Assembly: GCA_017517765.1 (NCBI GenBank)
Contig: JAFWYE010000008.1
Location: 120 to 64,119 of the forward strand
From: Bacilli bacterium
GTDB taxonomy: Bacteria > Bacillota_I > Bacilli_A > RFN20 > DUOF01
Direction of reading: 5' to 3'
DNA length: 64,000 bases
Of the stretch, positions 1 to 10,497 are shown one piece after another (position 1 is the stretch's first letter; the number at the start of each line of letters is the position of its first letter). The notes beneath the pieces were generated by a model. It had not been told where the DNA came from, made no database searches, and saw only the letters and a list, made by a program, of their open reading frames with translations. A program made the translations under genes and the position numbers.

Positions 1-1619
1 TTATCAATATTAAATTTGAATACTCTATCACTTGAGGATGTTGATGTAATTCCTCCAATATTTGTTGAATTGCTCATGTAGTTTCCAGCGTTATCTTTCA
101 CATCACCTTCAATCCATAAATAATGAACACCCGCAGTTGATGGTGTGGTTATACTTCCACTAACTTGTGTTGAAGTTCTAGTTCCAGTAATTGCTGTCCA
201 CGATGTGCCACAAGAGCTTGAACTAGTACACCATTTATATCTATAGTATGATGTCGAACTATAGCTAGATAATCCTAGATTATCCGTAAATGTCGCTGTC
301 AAACTCTTGCTTGGTTGAGCATGATATGCTGTACTTGTTCCACTTCCTACAACAGTGCCATTTGTTGGCGTTCCTATTGCTAAAACAGGAGACGTTTTAT
401 CTATTTTAACAGTTGTTGTAGAACTAGAAGCAGAACTACAATTTCCAGCGACGTCGCAAACCCTAAAATAAACAGTATTATTTCTTTCAGCTACCCACGT
501 TCCTGTCCATGTATTTCCTGATTTGACAGTAGAACTATCCCAATTAAGCCATGTAGATTTATCATAACTATATTGATATTTGCTAAACCCACTTTGCACC
601 GAGCCTGTATCTGTTCCTCCAGATACCGTCAACGACACATCTGTACTTGACCAATTGCCATTTGAAGAATTAGTCACTGAAACAGAAGAACTTGGGGCCG
701 TTTTATCTATTTTTACAGCAGTACCTGAAGAGGCAGAACTAACGTTGCCAGCACCATCAACTGCTCTAAAATATACAGTATTATTTCTTTCAGCTCTCCA
801 CGAACCATATGCCCCAGAACTATCGTTGTAAGATCCTGTGCCATCTATATCGTTATACCAAGTACTCTTGTCATAACTATATTGATAATATGATACACCA
901 GTAAAGTAGTCTGTTGAATTACCAACTTTTATATATACATCAGAGCTAGACCAGTTACCACCTGAACCATTCGATATTATAGTTGGGGTAGTAGGTCCTA
1001 CTTTGTCAACCAATGATATAGTAGATGAAGGGTATTCAACTCCAGATCCTGCTTTTTTATATGTAACTTTCATATTAGCCTTTAGGGTTAAAGAATAGGA
1101 CATTTGACTAGTAGGAATAGTGATAGATACACTATTATCAGTACCCATTGAAGTACAAATTTTCAATGTTGTCCTTGTGAATGAAGAAGAATATGTCACA
1201 CTTGTAGCTGAGCTTGAATAAGTAATCGTTAAATCTATATTTTTAACTTTACTTCCTCTACATCTCATTTTTTGTCCACTACCAGATTGAGTATACATTT
1301 GACCACCATAAGAAGTTGAACCCACATTAACATAAAATTCCTCAATACTCGTTACAGATCCATTAGTTACAGTATGAGAAAAATTGACTACATATTCATA
1401 TTTGTTACAATTAGCTGTTACATTTAATGATGTACCAGAAGCATTCCAACATGCAGAAGTATTATTTGTGTTAAATGCTACAGTAGCAGCTTCAACTTTA
1501 TCTTGTTCATTAAATATACTAACAAACAAAAAAGCGCACATTAAAAATATGCACTTGATTACATATGAAAGCGTTTTATACATAGTATATCTTGTTTTTT
1601 TATCATTACAAGAAGACAT
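1..1619 (-). CDS. Secreted cell-surface protein, N-terminal part only (gene runs off the left edge); signal peptide plus tandem ~95-aa Ig-like repeats
   Basis: Absent from the ORF track because there is no in-window stop. Minus-strand ATG at 1619 lies 6 nt after GGAGGTG. Hand translation MSSCNDKKTRYTMYKTLSYVIKCIFLMCAFLFVSIFNEQDKVEAATVAFN... has a signal-peptide-like hydrophobic core. The frame was checked at 1619, ~1500 and ~839. It reads through two tandem units ...YQYSYDKSTW...AERNNTVYFR..D.AGN.SSASS..VKIDKT.P. Track ORFs 580..831(+) and 1384..1671(+) are antisense shadows. Confidence 0.7.
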   Translation of the reverse strand, partial: MSSCNDKKTRYTMYKTLSYVIKCIFLMCAFLFVSIFNEQDKVEAATVAFNTNNTSACWNASGTSLNVTANCNKYEYVVNFSHTVTNGSVTSIEEFYVNVGSTSYGGQMYTQSGSGQKMRCRGSKVKNIDLTITYSSSATSVTYSSSFTRTTLKICTSMGTDNSVSITIPTSQMSYSLTLKANMKVTYKKAGSGVEYPSSTISLVDKVGPTTPTIISNGSGGNWSSSDVYIKVGNSTDYFTGVSYYQYSYDKSTWYNDIDGTGSYNDSSGAYGSWRAERNNTVYFRAVDGAGNVSSASSGTAVKIDKTAPSSSVSVTNSSNGNWSSTDVSLTVSGGTDTGSVQSGFSKYQYSYDKSTWLNWDSSTVKSGNTWTGTWVAERNNTVYFRVCDVAGNCSSASSSTTTVKIDKTSPVLAIGTPTNGTVVGSGTSTAYHAQPSKSLTATFTDNLGLSSYSSTSYYRYKWCTSSSSCGTSWTAITGTRTSTQVSGSITTPSTAGVHYLWIEGDVKDNAGNYMSNSTNIGGITSTSSSDRVFKFNID

Positions 1620-1725
1620 AAAAAACACCTCCATTTCTTATTTTTATAATACTCCACTTTATCTACTATAGAAATAAGTTCGTATATTTTTGTGTATAAC
1701 CAATAAAAAAATAAGCCTAAAAGGC

Positions 1726-2337
1726 CTATTTTCTTGTGTTTTTCTTATTTTTTAAATCTTGTCTTAATTTGTGCTCTCTTACAAGCATTGGGCAATATAT
1801 TCCCGCTTTAGTACTAACTCTCTTCCCTTTTAAAAAGTCATTTAGTTTTTCTATAGGAACAAAGAATGTAGAAATATCTTCATGATCTTGTAAATCTTGC
1901 TTTCCTAGTTTAGTAACCAAAACTTCATATATAATTACACTTTCATCAGTCATACCTTCACTGTTATAACATACATCAGTTAAAGCATGTACCTCATCAA
2001 TTTCATCTGCCCCAATTTCCTCTTTTAATTCTCTAGCACAACATGTGATTGGATCCTCTCCAGCTTCCACTAATCCAGCTGGAAATGAGTATATATAATC
2101 ATTGATTGGTTGCCTAAATTCTTTAGTTAAAACAACACATTCTTTCCCATCAATTATAATTCTTGGAATAATACAAACAGTATCAATTTTCCTTTCTCCT
2201 GTTTTGCAAATTAGCTCATCTAGAGAATTTCTAGAAGAAAACGTCCATTTTATAGTCTCTCCCTTATCTTCATACTCTACTAAAAACATATTTAAATATT
2301 TTTCATTTGTTAATTGTGTTATCTTCACTAATTTCAT
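1726..2337 (-). CDS. Nudix hydrolase (ADP-ribose pyrophosphatase-like)
   Basis: Perfect Nudix box GLVEAGEDPITCCARELKEEIGA (GX5EX7REUXEEXGU). Start placed at internal MKLVKITQ (ATG 2337), which has AAGAGG 8 nt upstream; the track ORF extends to 2397. Confidence 0.8.
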   Translation of the reverse strand: MKLVKITQLTNEKYLNMFLVEYEDKGETIKWTFSSRNSLDELICKTGERKIDTVCIIPRIIIDGKECVVLTKEFRQPINDYIYSFPAGLVEAGEDPITCCARELKEEIGADEIDEVHALTDVCYNSEGMTDESVIIYEVLVTKLGKQDLQDHEDISTFFVPIEKLNDFLKGKRVSTKAGIYCPMLVREHKLRQDLKNKKNTRK

Positions 2338-2470
2338 ATCAATCGCCTCTTTTAAAATTATACCACAACTAGCATACACAATACATCTTTTTACCAAGTT
2401 AGTAATAAAAAAAGAATTATACTATCTAAATTATTTATAATTTATGTTATCTTTAAAATGAGGTGTTTTT

Positions 2471-3775
2471 ATGTTTGCAATTGTTGTTTCAATACTTGCA
2501 TGTGTCGCAATGATACTATGCATAATTTTTAAGCCGAACATAACTATAAAAGGATTCAAACTTCAAACTTTCTGGATTGCCCCTTTTATAGCGGCTATTG
2601 TTTTAATGATTTTTAAATCATTAGATGTTGGTGCATTTTTTGCCAACTTATTCTCTACAGGAAGTATGAATCCATTAAAAATATTGATTTTATTCTTCTC
2701 GATGACATTGTTATCAATATTTCTAGATGAGGCTGGTTTCTTTAGATATTTAGCTAAAAAAACAGTAAGTAAAGCAAATTCTAGTCAAACCACAATATTT
2801 ATTTATTTATATCTTATTATTTCTTTCATCACAATAATTTCATCCAATGATGTAATTATACTTACATTCACACCATTTATTTGTTACTTTACAAAAGAAA
2901 TAAAAGTAAATCCCATTCCATATTTATTTATGGAATTCATTGCCGCAAATACTTGGAGTACTTTACTTATAATAGGTAATCCAACAAATATCTATATAGC
3001 TACAACTGTAGGAATAGATTTTATGACTTACTTTGTATACATGATATTCCCAACCCTAGTAATTGTATTGACTTCTTTTGCACTAATGCTCCTAATATTT
3101 AGAAAACAATTAAAAGTTAAACCTAAAACAATATATAAAGATGATTCTGTTTTAGAAAACAAAGTACTTTGTATAATTGGACAAATCCATTTATTTACTT
3201 GTATTGGAATAATGGCAATATCTAATTATATAAATTTAGAGATGTGGTACATACCTGTAATCTTCTCTATAAGTTTAATTATATGTTGGGCAATTCATAA
3301 AGGTGTAACTCACGATACAAATATGTTAATGGCTTCTTCATTAAAAAGGTTGCCATGGATATTAGCTCCATTTGTATTGTCTATGTTTGCAATTGTCTTT
3401 GCTCTAGAGGAAAACGATATTATTCAAATATTCGCTAATTTCTTAAATATTGGTGCGGTAGAGTGGAGTTATGGTATATTCTCCTTCTTAATTGGTAACC
3501 TAATTAATAACATTCCAATGAGTGTATTAATGTCATCAGTTATAACTACACTTCCTGCCAATGCTTCATTTATTGCAAGTTTAGCTACAATCATCAGTTC
3601 AAACTTAACAACAATACTAACCCCACTTGGTTCTCTAGCAGGTATCATGTGGTTACAAATCTTAAAAGAAAATGATGTTAACTTTAAGTTTGTAGACTTT
3701 GTTAAATATGGAGTTGTAGTATCACTACCTACAATTGCTCTAGCATTCTTAACCTTAACCATATATCCAATGTAA
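2471..3775 (+). CDS. Polytopic permease, ArsB/NhaD (CitMHS-like) superfamily
   Basis: 434 aa, about 11-12 hydrophobic helices, IIGNPTNIYIA motif typical of this permease superfamily, GAGGTG RBS upstream of the ATG. Confidence 0.6.
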   Translation: MFAIVVSILACVAMILCIIFKPNITIKGFKLQTFWIAPFIAAIVLMIFKSLDVGAFFANLFSTGSMNPLKILILFFSMTLLSIFLDEAGFFRYLAKKTVSKANSSQTTIFIYLYLIISFITIISSNDVIILTFTPFICYFTKEIKVNPIPYLFMEFIAANTWSTLLIIGNPTNIYIATTVGIDFMTYFVYMIFPTLVIVLTSFALMLLIFRKQLKVKPKTIYKDDSVLENKVLCIIGQIHLFTCIGIMAISNYINLEMWYIPVIFSISLIICWAIHKGVTHDTNMLMASSLKRLPWILAPFVLSMFAIVFALEENDIIQIFANFLNIGAVEWSYGIFSFLIGNLINNIPMSVLMSSVITTLPANASFIASLATIISSNLTTILTPLGSLAGIMWLQILKENDVNFKFVDFVKYGVVVSLPTIALAFLTLTIYPM

Positions 3776-3780
3776 AAAAA

Positions 3781-3801
3781 GGGGACTCAAATCCCCTTTT
3801 T
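3781..3801. terminator. Bidirectional rho-independent terminator between convergent genes
   Basis: GGGGA-ctcaaa-TCCCC hairpin flanked by an A-run upstream and a T-run downstream. Confidence 0.7.
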
Positions 3802-4309
3802 ATCTTTTATGTACTTTGTTTAAATATGTAGTTACTAATTCTTGATCTAATGCTCTTTCATATAGTTCTGTTTTGATAATCTTACTTGAATCAAATTGCT
3901 CATTAAAATCCAAAATTTCATCATCGATAATTACATAGTCAAAGTTTGTTTTTCCTCTTAAATATTCTTTTATTTCATAACTTCTCTTTTTAGGATCTCC
4001 ACTTATTGGAGTTCTAGAAAACTCTCCATTATAATCTAGACCATGTTCTTTTAGTCTTTCTATTATAGTTTCCATATAATGTCTCCAGGTCGAAGATATT
4101 ACAATATGCACTTCATTGTCTTTACTTTTTTCTCTAATTAAGTAGTTTAATGCCTCTATTGATTCTGGTTTGAAAGCATTAATCTTACCACCCTTTTTTA
4201 TTTTACCCGCTCTTATTTGGCCTCTTATAAATTCCCAATCATATAAAACACCATCTACATCTAAAAATATATAAAAATGTTTTTTCATTTTCATCACTCC
4301 TTGAGCCAA
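3800..4309 (-). CDS. HAD-superfamily hydrolase-like protein
   Basis: FLDVDGVLYDW matches HAD motif I (DxDxV/T); ISSTW and IIDDE resemble later HAD motifs. The true start is probably the internal MKKHF (AAGGAG upstream). Confidence 0.5.
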   Translation of the reverse strand: MAQGVMKMKKHFYIFLDVDGVLYDWEFIRGQIRAGKIKKGGKINAFKPESIEALNYLIREKSKDNEVHIVISSTWRHYMETIIERLKEHGLDYNGEFSRTPISGDPKKRSYEIKEYLRGKTNFDYVIIDDEILDFNEQFDSSKIIKTELYERALDQELVTTYLNKVHKR

Positions 4310-4371
4310 AACATTTTAACACACTATAATTATTGACTCAACAATTTTTTTATAATGAAAAAAGACTATTT

Positions 4372-5157
4372 CTAGTCTTTATTTTCTATTTGTTTTTTTG
4401 AATTTATCTTTCTTAAATAATATCCAAGATAATAAATAAGTGCACTTGCTAGTAAGATAGCAATTGGTAATAATAGCATATTAGCAAACCAACCAAAATT
4501 AACCCATATATCTTTAAATACCGCTAATGGACTTTGCACATATGGAGATATATAATAACAATTAATTCCTTTATTCTTAAAAATGATATTAAACATTTGC
4601 GCTACTACACATGAAGATAAATATACTACAACAGCTTTATAATAATCTTTAGCATTCATACATGCTCTTTTTGTTTTATACAAATATAAAGCAATAAAAA
4701 TCAGTGACATATGCCAAACATAAGCATGTAAAGTCAAAGTCCAATAATCATGATTAATACCACTTGGTTCAATAAATCCCATAATACCACCAACTATGTT
4801 TATTGCAAACATACACTCATATAACCAAGAATTAACTTTATCACTTCTTATAAGAGCGCAAGCAATACATAAATACATTGGTAATGAACATAATTGGAAT
4901 GGGAATACTCCCCAGAATCCTCCCCATCCATATGGATCAAGATAAATATGGAACAATATTTTATATACTTCAAATAATAATAAAACTCCTCCAGTTACTC
5001 CTAAAACTATTTTGTTTTGCTTATCATTTGTTTTTCTTAAAAGATAAACCCCTAAAATTGTAATAGCAAGTAAAATTATTGTTGCCAAAATATGAAACAG
5101 ACCATAAGAAGTTGGCCTTTCCATCTCCCATGCTGTCCACTTTAAAAATTCATACAT
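4372..5157 (-). CDS. Integral membrane protein (possibly YwaF/TIGR02206-like)
   Basis: 261 aa with 7-8 hydrophobic helices. The family call rests on weak recollection only. Confidence 0.45.
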   Translation of the reverse strand: MYEFLKWTAWEMERPTSYGLFHILATIILLAITILGVYLLRKTNDKQNKIVLGVTGGVLLLFEVYKILFHIYLDPYGWGGFWGVFPFQLCSLPMYLCIACALIRSDKVNSWLYECMFAINIVGGIMGFIEPSGINHDYWTLTLHAYVWHMSLIFIALYLYKTKRACMNAKDYYKAVVVYLSSCVVAQMFNIIFKNKGINCYYISPYVQSPLAVFKDIWVNFGWFANMLLLPIAILLASALIYYLGYYLRKINSKKQIENKD

Positions 5158-5204
5158 AATTCACACATCCTTGATTTTTTTATAACATTTTATAAGTATT
5201 ATTA

Positions 5205-5918
5205 CTAGATATTTTCTAACATTTCTTTTTCCCTTTCAAATACTTCTTCCTCTTTCACTATTGAATTAATACTAAATGATATTAATACTTGGCTAGGAAG
5301 ATAGAAAATCCAAGGCAAATTAAAATCAACATATATTATTTTGTAAATAATAGATTCTTGTGATAAAGGAATATAGCCTCCTAGATTTTGAAGACCAATA
5401 ATTGTATCACAACAAATAAATAGAACTAGCCCTATTTTAAATAAAACAGATGGATGATGAATAAATGATAAAACAGCATTAAAAACCAAATTAAAGTAAT
5501 AAAACATAGATAATAAGCTAAGCATATCCACCCCATCTTTTAATACAATATAAGTAACAACTAGAGTAGATAAAGTTCCAATAACTCTTATTGTTGTTTC
5601 AATCTTTACATGTTTTGAATATTCAATAAGCAATAATGCGTAGGCAATTTGAGTTATAGAAAAAGAAAACATCGCAGCTTCTTTGTATCCACCTAATAAA
5701 ACTAGAAAGAAATCTGCAACTAGAGTAGTAGCAAGGCCAAGTCGCAATAAATTTACTCTAGTGTTTTTATTATAATTAATAAAAGTTAAAGTATAAATAA
5801 AGCAAAAAACAATACTTAAATAACTTGTAATCCTAGCATATGGAGCACTAAATATCAAAATATAAAGAATAAATTCTATTACTAAAAAACTTATATCTAA
5901 AATCTTTCTTCTTTCCAT
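5205..5918 (-). CDS. Integral membrane protein (possibly YhhN-like)
   Basis: 237 aa, about 7 hydrophobic helices, no soluble domain. The family call is tentative. Confidence 0.4.
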   Translation of the reverse strand: MERRKILDISFLVIEFILYILIFSAPYARITSYLSIVFCFIYTLTFINYNKNTRVNLLRLGLATTLVADFFLVLLGGYKEAAMFSFSITQIAYALLLIEYSKHVKIETTIRVIGTLSTLVVTYIVLKDGVDMLSLLSMFYYFNLVFNAVLSFIHHPSVLFKIGLVLFICCDTIIGLQNLGGYIPLSQESIIYKIIYVDFNLPWIFYLPSQVLISFSINSIVKEEEVFEREKEMLENI

Positions 5919-6047
5919 ACTTTCACCTCAACTTTTAAGATTATATCACTTTTTATTTAGTTTTCCACTCTTAATAACTTTTTAGTCCGCAAATTTGCAA
6001 TTGAAATTTAGTTATTGTATCATTTAATTAATAGGAGTTGATTTATT

Positions 6048-6710
6048 ATGCCAAAAACAAGGGAGCTACCATTCTATGGTTCATATGGTTTTGAAGGAGA
6101 AACACCATTTAGATACTTCTTTTTAAAAGAAGATGCACAAAATTTAGAGGAATATAAGAAAGCTATTTTAAAATGTTTAAAATATGACATTTTATACAAA
6201 ATATTTCCAGACCATAAATCAGGACATGACACATTTGATTCATTACGTCCACCAGTTACTAATCCAGTTCAATTATCATCAAATAAGTTTGCTAGAGTTT
6301 TCCATGAATCTGTACGCGGTGTACAAAGCGGAGAAATTGTGGTTACTTACACAATATCTGAAGATAGAAAATCAATCAAATTGACACTATATGATAGAGA
6401 CACAACTTTACAACAATTACGTGATGCAGTAGATGATGATGCTCCATTACAATATGCTTTAGTAGATAAAATAATTGAATCTGAAGTTACCATAACTAAA
6501 GGTAAAAAATTGTCTACAAAAGATATCTATGTATATGGTAGCCCTCAAAAATTCATGGGTGAAGAGCCACATACATATGATGAATCAATAAAAGTTATCT
6601 CAAAAGTAAAATCAAAACTTAGTTATCCTTTAGAGGATCCTAGAGATTTAATCGTAGAGGAACCTGAAAAAGATAAGAGTAAAGGAAAAGGTAAAAATAA
6701 AAGAGGTTAA
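6048..6710 (+). CDS. Hypothetical protein with lysine-rich C-terminal tail
   Basis: 220-aa ORF with AGGAG upstream, followed by a strong terminator. No recognisable motif. Confidence 0.5.
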   Translation: MPKTRELPFYGSYGFEGETPFRYFFLKEDAQNLEEYKKAILKCLKYDILYKIFPDHKSGHDTFDSLRPPVTNPVQLSSNKFARVFHESVRGVQSGEIVVTYTISEDRKSIKLTLYDRDTTLQQLRDAVDDDAPLQYALVDKIIESEVTITKGKKLSTKDIYVYGSPQKFMGEEPHTYDESIKVISKVKSKLSYPLEDPRDLIVEEPEKDKSKGKGKNKRG

Positions 6711-6727
6711 TTAAACCTCTTTTTTTA
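6702..6727 (+). terminator. Rho-independent terminator (overlaps the stop codon)
   Basis: AGAGGTT-aatta-AACCTCT followed by T7. Confidence 0.7.
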
Positions 6728-6728
6728 T

Positions 6729-7493
6729 TTATCTTTTTGAAGCATTAACTAAACTCTTTCGTGTAGCATCATTAACTCGATTTGCATAGTCATTTAATAC
6801 TCTCATATCATAACTTCTTTTATGAGCAGAAGATGAAATAAAACTAGTATGCTTTACACAAATAACACACGGACTTTCTTTTATATGCTTTTCTAGTACT
6901 TTTTTAGCATACTTTTCTAATTTAGACATATATTTTTCTTTCAATGGATTAATAAGCTTACTAGCATTATCTAAATAGTATTCTTTTTCTTCTTGCTTTT
7001 TCATACATTCGCGATAATACTTCACTATATTTTGCTTTAACTCTAGTTCTTTTTCTAACTTAGCAATTTTCTTTTCTCTGAATGGAACAAATCTTGAATT
7101 TTTTATTTCCTCAATCTTATCTTTAATTCTTTTTTCTTCTTGAGCCCAATTTTCTGATAACATTTTAGCCTCAGCAAGTTTTAAAGGACTAAACACATAA
7201 ACGTCTTCGCTCATCTCTGGATCATCAGGATTTTCAGTGTGTGAGTACACACTAAAACAATCTCTAAGATCAAACTCAGTAATCTTTCCAATCCTTTTTA
7301 ATTCATCATAGATTTCCGCTAACTCTACATCAGCTTCACATAAAGTCATAAAATCCTCATATACTCTATACCATGCCTTATCAATTTTTTTCCCAAATTC
7401 TTTCTTTTCGCTATCATTCATAGCTAGATAAGCAGCATATTCTTGTTTTAACAACTCATCAACTTCTTTTTGCATATTAAACACCTCTGACAA
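6729..7493 (-). CDS. Hypothetical coiled-coil protein
   Basis: 254 aa, K/E-rich heptad-like sequence, no motif recognised. Confidence 0.5.
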   Translation of the reverse strand: MSEVFNMQKEVDELLKQEYAAYLAMNDSEKKEFGKKIDKAWYRVYEDFMTLCEADVELAEIYDELKRIGKITEFDLRDCFSVYSHTENPDDPEMSEDVYVFSPLKLAEAKMLSENWAQEEKRIKDKIEEIKNSRFVPFREKKIAKLEKELELKQNIVKYYRECMKKQEEKEYYLDNASKLINPLKEKYMSKLEKYAKKVLEKHIKESPCVICVKHTSFISSSAHKRSYDMRVLNDYANRVNDATRKSLVNASKR

Positions 7494-7549
7494 TTTAATT
7501 ATATCATATATTTTCTACATTTAATAATTTTCCCTAAGTTATTAACATT

Positions 7550-9250
7550 CTATCTAGAGTTTTTGTTCTCCTCGATAGGCTTCCTATGAGAATGTAATAA
7601 TATTGAAGCAATCCCTTTATCTATTTTATTATCTTTTAATAGTGATTCTACATGTTTTATACTCTCTTCTACATCTTCTTTTTTCTCTTTGAATTCATTA
7701 AATCTATTTATTAACAACCCTAAACAAACTTGTTTAATCTTTTTATCATCACTTGTATTCATCATTTCAAGCAATTCCTCTATAGACCTTCTTCTTGGCA
7801 TTTCTTCTTTATTTATATCATATTCAATTAAAAGAATTGGAGTCTCTTTTTTCATTCTCTCTTCAAGTGCTTCTTTTCCTCTTCTTTTTATTTCATAATC
7901 GAAATTATCTTCAAAGAAATCATTTAAATGATAAACTCCCCAAAAGAATCTTTCAGGATTTCTTTTGTATTCAATATCACCAATTACATCTGATTTATCT
8001 TTATACTTTTGAAAACATTCCCTTTTACCATTTAATAATTTTTCAGTTTCTACTCTAGCTATTACTTCCGCTACATACTCATCACTAAATCTAATATAAT
8101 TAAAATCATAGTATTCTTGAGAATCTCCCCAACCGAAAGCAATATTTCTAATAAATGTATCTTTACTGTATAAGTCAACATCTTCATCATACATAATATT
8201 CATTTCTTTTCTATTAACTTCTTGAAATGCATGTGCCATTTCATGTTCTAATACTCTTATGATATCAAAAACACTAACCACTCTATTTCCATCTCCTGTA
8301 ATAGCGATTTGATGATGAGTGTTATCTAGGTTAGAGTAATGATACACTCCTCTTTTTTCAGTAGTAGAAAACACATCTACCAATGCAGGAGTTGCCCCAT
8401 AACTTTCTAATTTTTTTCTAGCATACATTTCAAAAGCTAAAATTTGATAAATAGACATATCATTTCTTTTAACATTAGAGTTATGCATATCAATAATTAA
8501 TTCTTCAACTGTATTATATTTTCCATCAATCTTAGATAATAACTTCTTTTCTTCTTCTGATGAATAAGTAGTAGTATCTAATAGTGATAATATGTACTTT
8601 CTCTCACTACTACTTTCAATATATCTTCTTAATACTTTTTCATTTTTTAAATATTTTCTTGGCAATTCAGTGTATTTACCTTTATCTAATATTCCCATTA
8701 TAATCTCTAATTGCTTATCACTCATTTTATCAATAGACATAATTTTATAAGAATCTAATGCTTCTTTAGGATTCTTTTTCATATAAGCATAAGTAAAAAC
8801 AAAACTTTCTCTTAAAATAGAGCTATATGGTAATGACTTAAAATTCTTATCTTCTAAATATTCTATTAGCATGTCGCTTAATTTTTCATAATCATTTGAA
8901 TCAACTAGATTTAGCAAGGAATATGGTGCACTATGATTAACTAAATATTCAATTGTTTTTTCCTTATTAGAATTTAATAATTCAATAAACAAATCTTTAA
9001 TCACATAAGTTGAGGTAATGTAGTGTTCTAATAAATAAGAAATAAAAGATTCTACCTTGTCAAAATCTAAAGTGGCTAACTTTCCAATTATTTTATTAGA
9101 TTTCATCTTTACACATAATGAAGCTAATTTATGTTCATTTAACTCTAATAAAAAACTGAAATCATTATTTTCTATCATCCTTTTTATATCTTTGCCACGT
9201 AATTTGCTCTTTTTTTCCATGCTATCACCCACACAAATAAAATTATACAC
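7550..9250 (-). CDS. Hypothetical protein with HExxH zinc-metalloprotease-like motif
   Basis: RVLEHEMAHAFQE contains HEMAH. The N-terminal half looks helical-repeat-like. The likely true start is the internal MEKKSKL (GGGTGA upstream, ATG 9220). Confidence 0.45.
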   Translation of the reverse strand: MYNFICVGDSMEKKSKLRGKDIKRMIENNDFSFLLELNEHKLASLCVKMKSNKIIGKLATLDFDKVESFISYLLEHYITSTYVIKDLFIELLNSNKEKTIEYLVNHSAPYSLLNLVDSNDYEKLSDMLIEYLEDKNFKSLPYSSILRESFVFTYAYMKKNPKEALDSYKIMSIDKMSDKQLEIIMGILDKGKYTELPRKYLKNEKVLRRYIESSSERKYILSLLDTTTYSSEEEKKLLSKIDGKYNTVEELIIDMHNSNVKRNDMSIYQILAFEMYARKKLESYGATPALVDVFSTTEKRGVYHYSNLDNTHHQIAITGDGNRVVSVFDIIRVLEHEMAHAFQEVNRKEMNIMYDEDVDLYSKDTFIRNIAFGWGDSQEYYDFNYIRFSDEYVAEVIARVETEKLLNGKRECFQKYKDKSDVIGDIEYKRNPERFFWGVYHLNDFFEDNFDYEIKRRGKEALEERMKKETPILLIEYDINKEEMPRRRSIEELLEMMNTSDDKKIKQVCLGLLINRFNEFKEKKEDVEESIKHVESLLKDNKIDKGIASILLHSHRKPIEENKNSR

Positions 9251-9294
9251 TCACTAAATATAGAGGTCAAAATAAAAATCTAGGGTACCCTAGA

Positions 9295-9858
9295 TTAGTC
9301 TACAAATAAAACATTCATAATATTTTCATATCTATCTTTAAAAGATACTTTTTCTCTATCACTCAAATCATTAAAATCCTCTGCAAGATACTTTTTCATC
9401 CATCCATGAATGTCATTACAAGTAATATTATATCTATTAAAAGCATAGTTAAAGATCATTGGTAAATTATCAAAATGAGCAATAATATCTGCATCCGCTA
9501 CACATAACTCTTCATTATTTGTAGCATTCTTACTAGAACGATGGTTCATTACACAACCTACTACTCTTTCTAATTTATCACTCGGATAATTATGTTTAGT
9601 TAATAGTTCTCTAGCTAGAATTGCTCCATTTGTATGATGCTCTTTTCTAGTGCCATAATTAGAAACTAATGCTATATCATGAAGCAATGCTCCTAACTCT
9701 ACTATTTCCTTATCAGCATCATATTTAATTGCTAAATCACTAGCTTCTTTTAAAACATATTTAATATGTTGTTCCCAAAAGTTATAACTATCTACTTCCT
9801 CCATATACTTTCTTGTTAAATTTAGCATTTCCTCTTTTATTATCTCTACATAATTCAT
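9295..9858 (-). CDS. HD-domain phosphohydrolase
   Basis: GALLHDIAL (HD dyad) plus downstream H residues (NHRSS, IIAHFD); 187 aa. Confidence 0.65.
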   Translation of the reverse strand: MNYVEIIKEEMLNLTRKYMEEVDSYNFWEQHIKYVLKEASDLAIKYDADKEIVELGALLHDIALVSNYGTRKEHHTNGAILARELLTKHNYPSDKLERVVGCVMNHRSSKNATNNEELCVADADIIAHFDNLPMIFNYAFNRYNITCNDIHGWMKKYLAEDFNDLSDREKVSFKDRYENIMNVLFVD

Positions 9859-9859
9859 A

Positions 9860-10429
9860 TTATCTCTCCTTAACTAATTCCTCTTTTATTACACCATTAA
9901 ATATTGGCTCATTTCCCTTAAAACATAAAGGTGATGCAGGGGATGTGTGATAAATAGGTATAACTATCTTTGTACTTCCTTCTATATCAATCTCATACTT
10001 TTTACCTACAACATCTTTTAATTTATCTATCTTAAAACCCAATATAGTTTCACTTGGATATACTCCCATTGGTAATATAATATCAAAATTAAACTTTCCA
10101 ATTTGTTTAAATAATATCTCCTTACAATTCTCACTGCATTTTCTAAGTGTTTTTCTATCCTCAATAATACACTTGCATACTTCAGTAAAATTAATATCAT
10201 CAATGCTTAAATCTACTAAATTAAGTAATCTTTCTAATACTTTACCTGTAGCCTGAAACTTACCATCCTTATTATAAAATGCTCTTTTTGAAACAATCCA
10301 TCCATCTTTAGCGGGACTCTCTCCTAAAACTAAGATTCTACTTTTACCAATTTTCATAGTATCACAAGTAAGCTTTTCTAAATTACCACATTTATTACAC
10401 TTCTTTATCATAGTTTCAATATCTACCAT
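9860..10429 (-). CDS. Uracil-DNA glycosylase superfamily protein (family 4/5-like)
   Basis: ILVLGESPAKDGW (motif A-like) and IYHTSPASP (motif B-like), with an N-terminal CNKCGN. Start placed at MVDIETM (AGGTGG RBS); the track ORF extends to 10477. Confidence 0.6.
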   Translation of the reverse strand: MVDIETMIKKCNKCGNLEKLTCDTMKIGKSRILVLGESPAKDGWIVSKRAFYNKDGKFQATGKVLERLLNLVDLSIDDINFTEVCKCIIEDRKTLRKCSENCKEILFKQIGKFNFDIILPMGVYPSETILGFKIDKLKDVVGKKYEIDIEGSTKIVIPIYHTSPASPLCFKGNEPIFNGVIKEELVKER

Positions 10430-10497
10430 ATTACCACCTAATATAATTATATCAAAAAAAAGATTGCTTTTAAGCAATCCTTTTAACTATTCAATTA

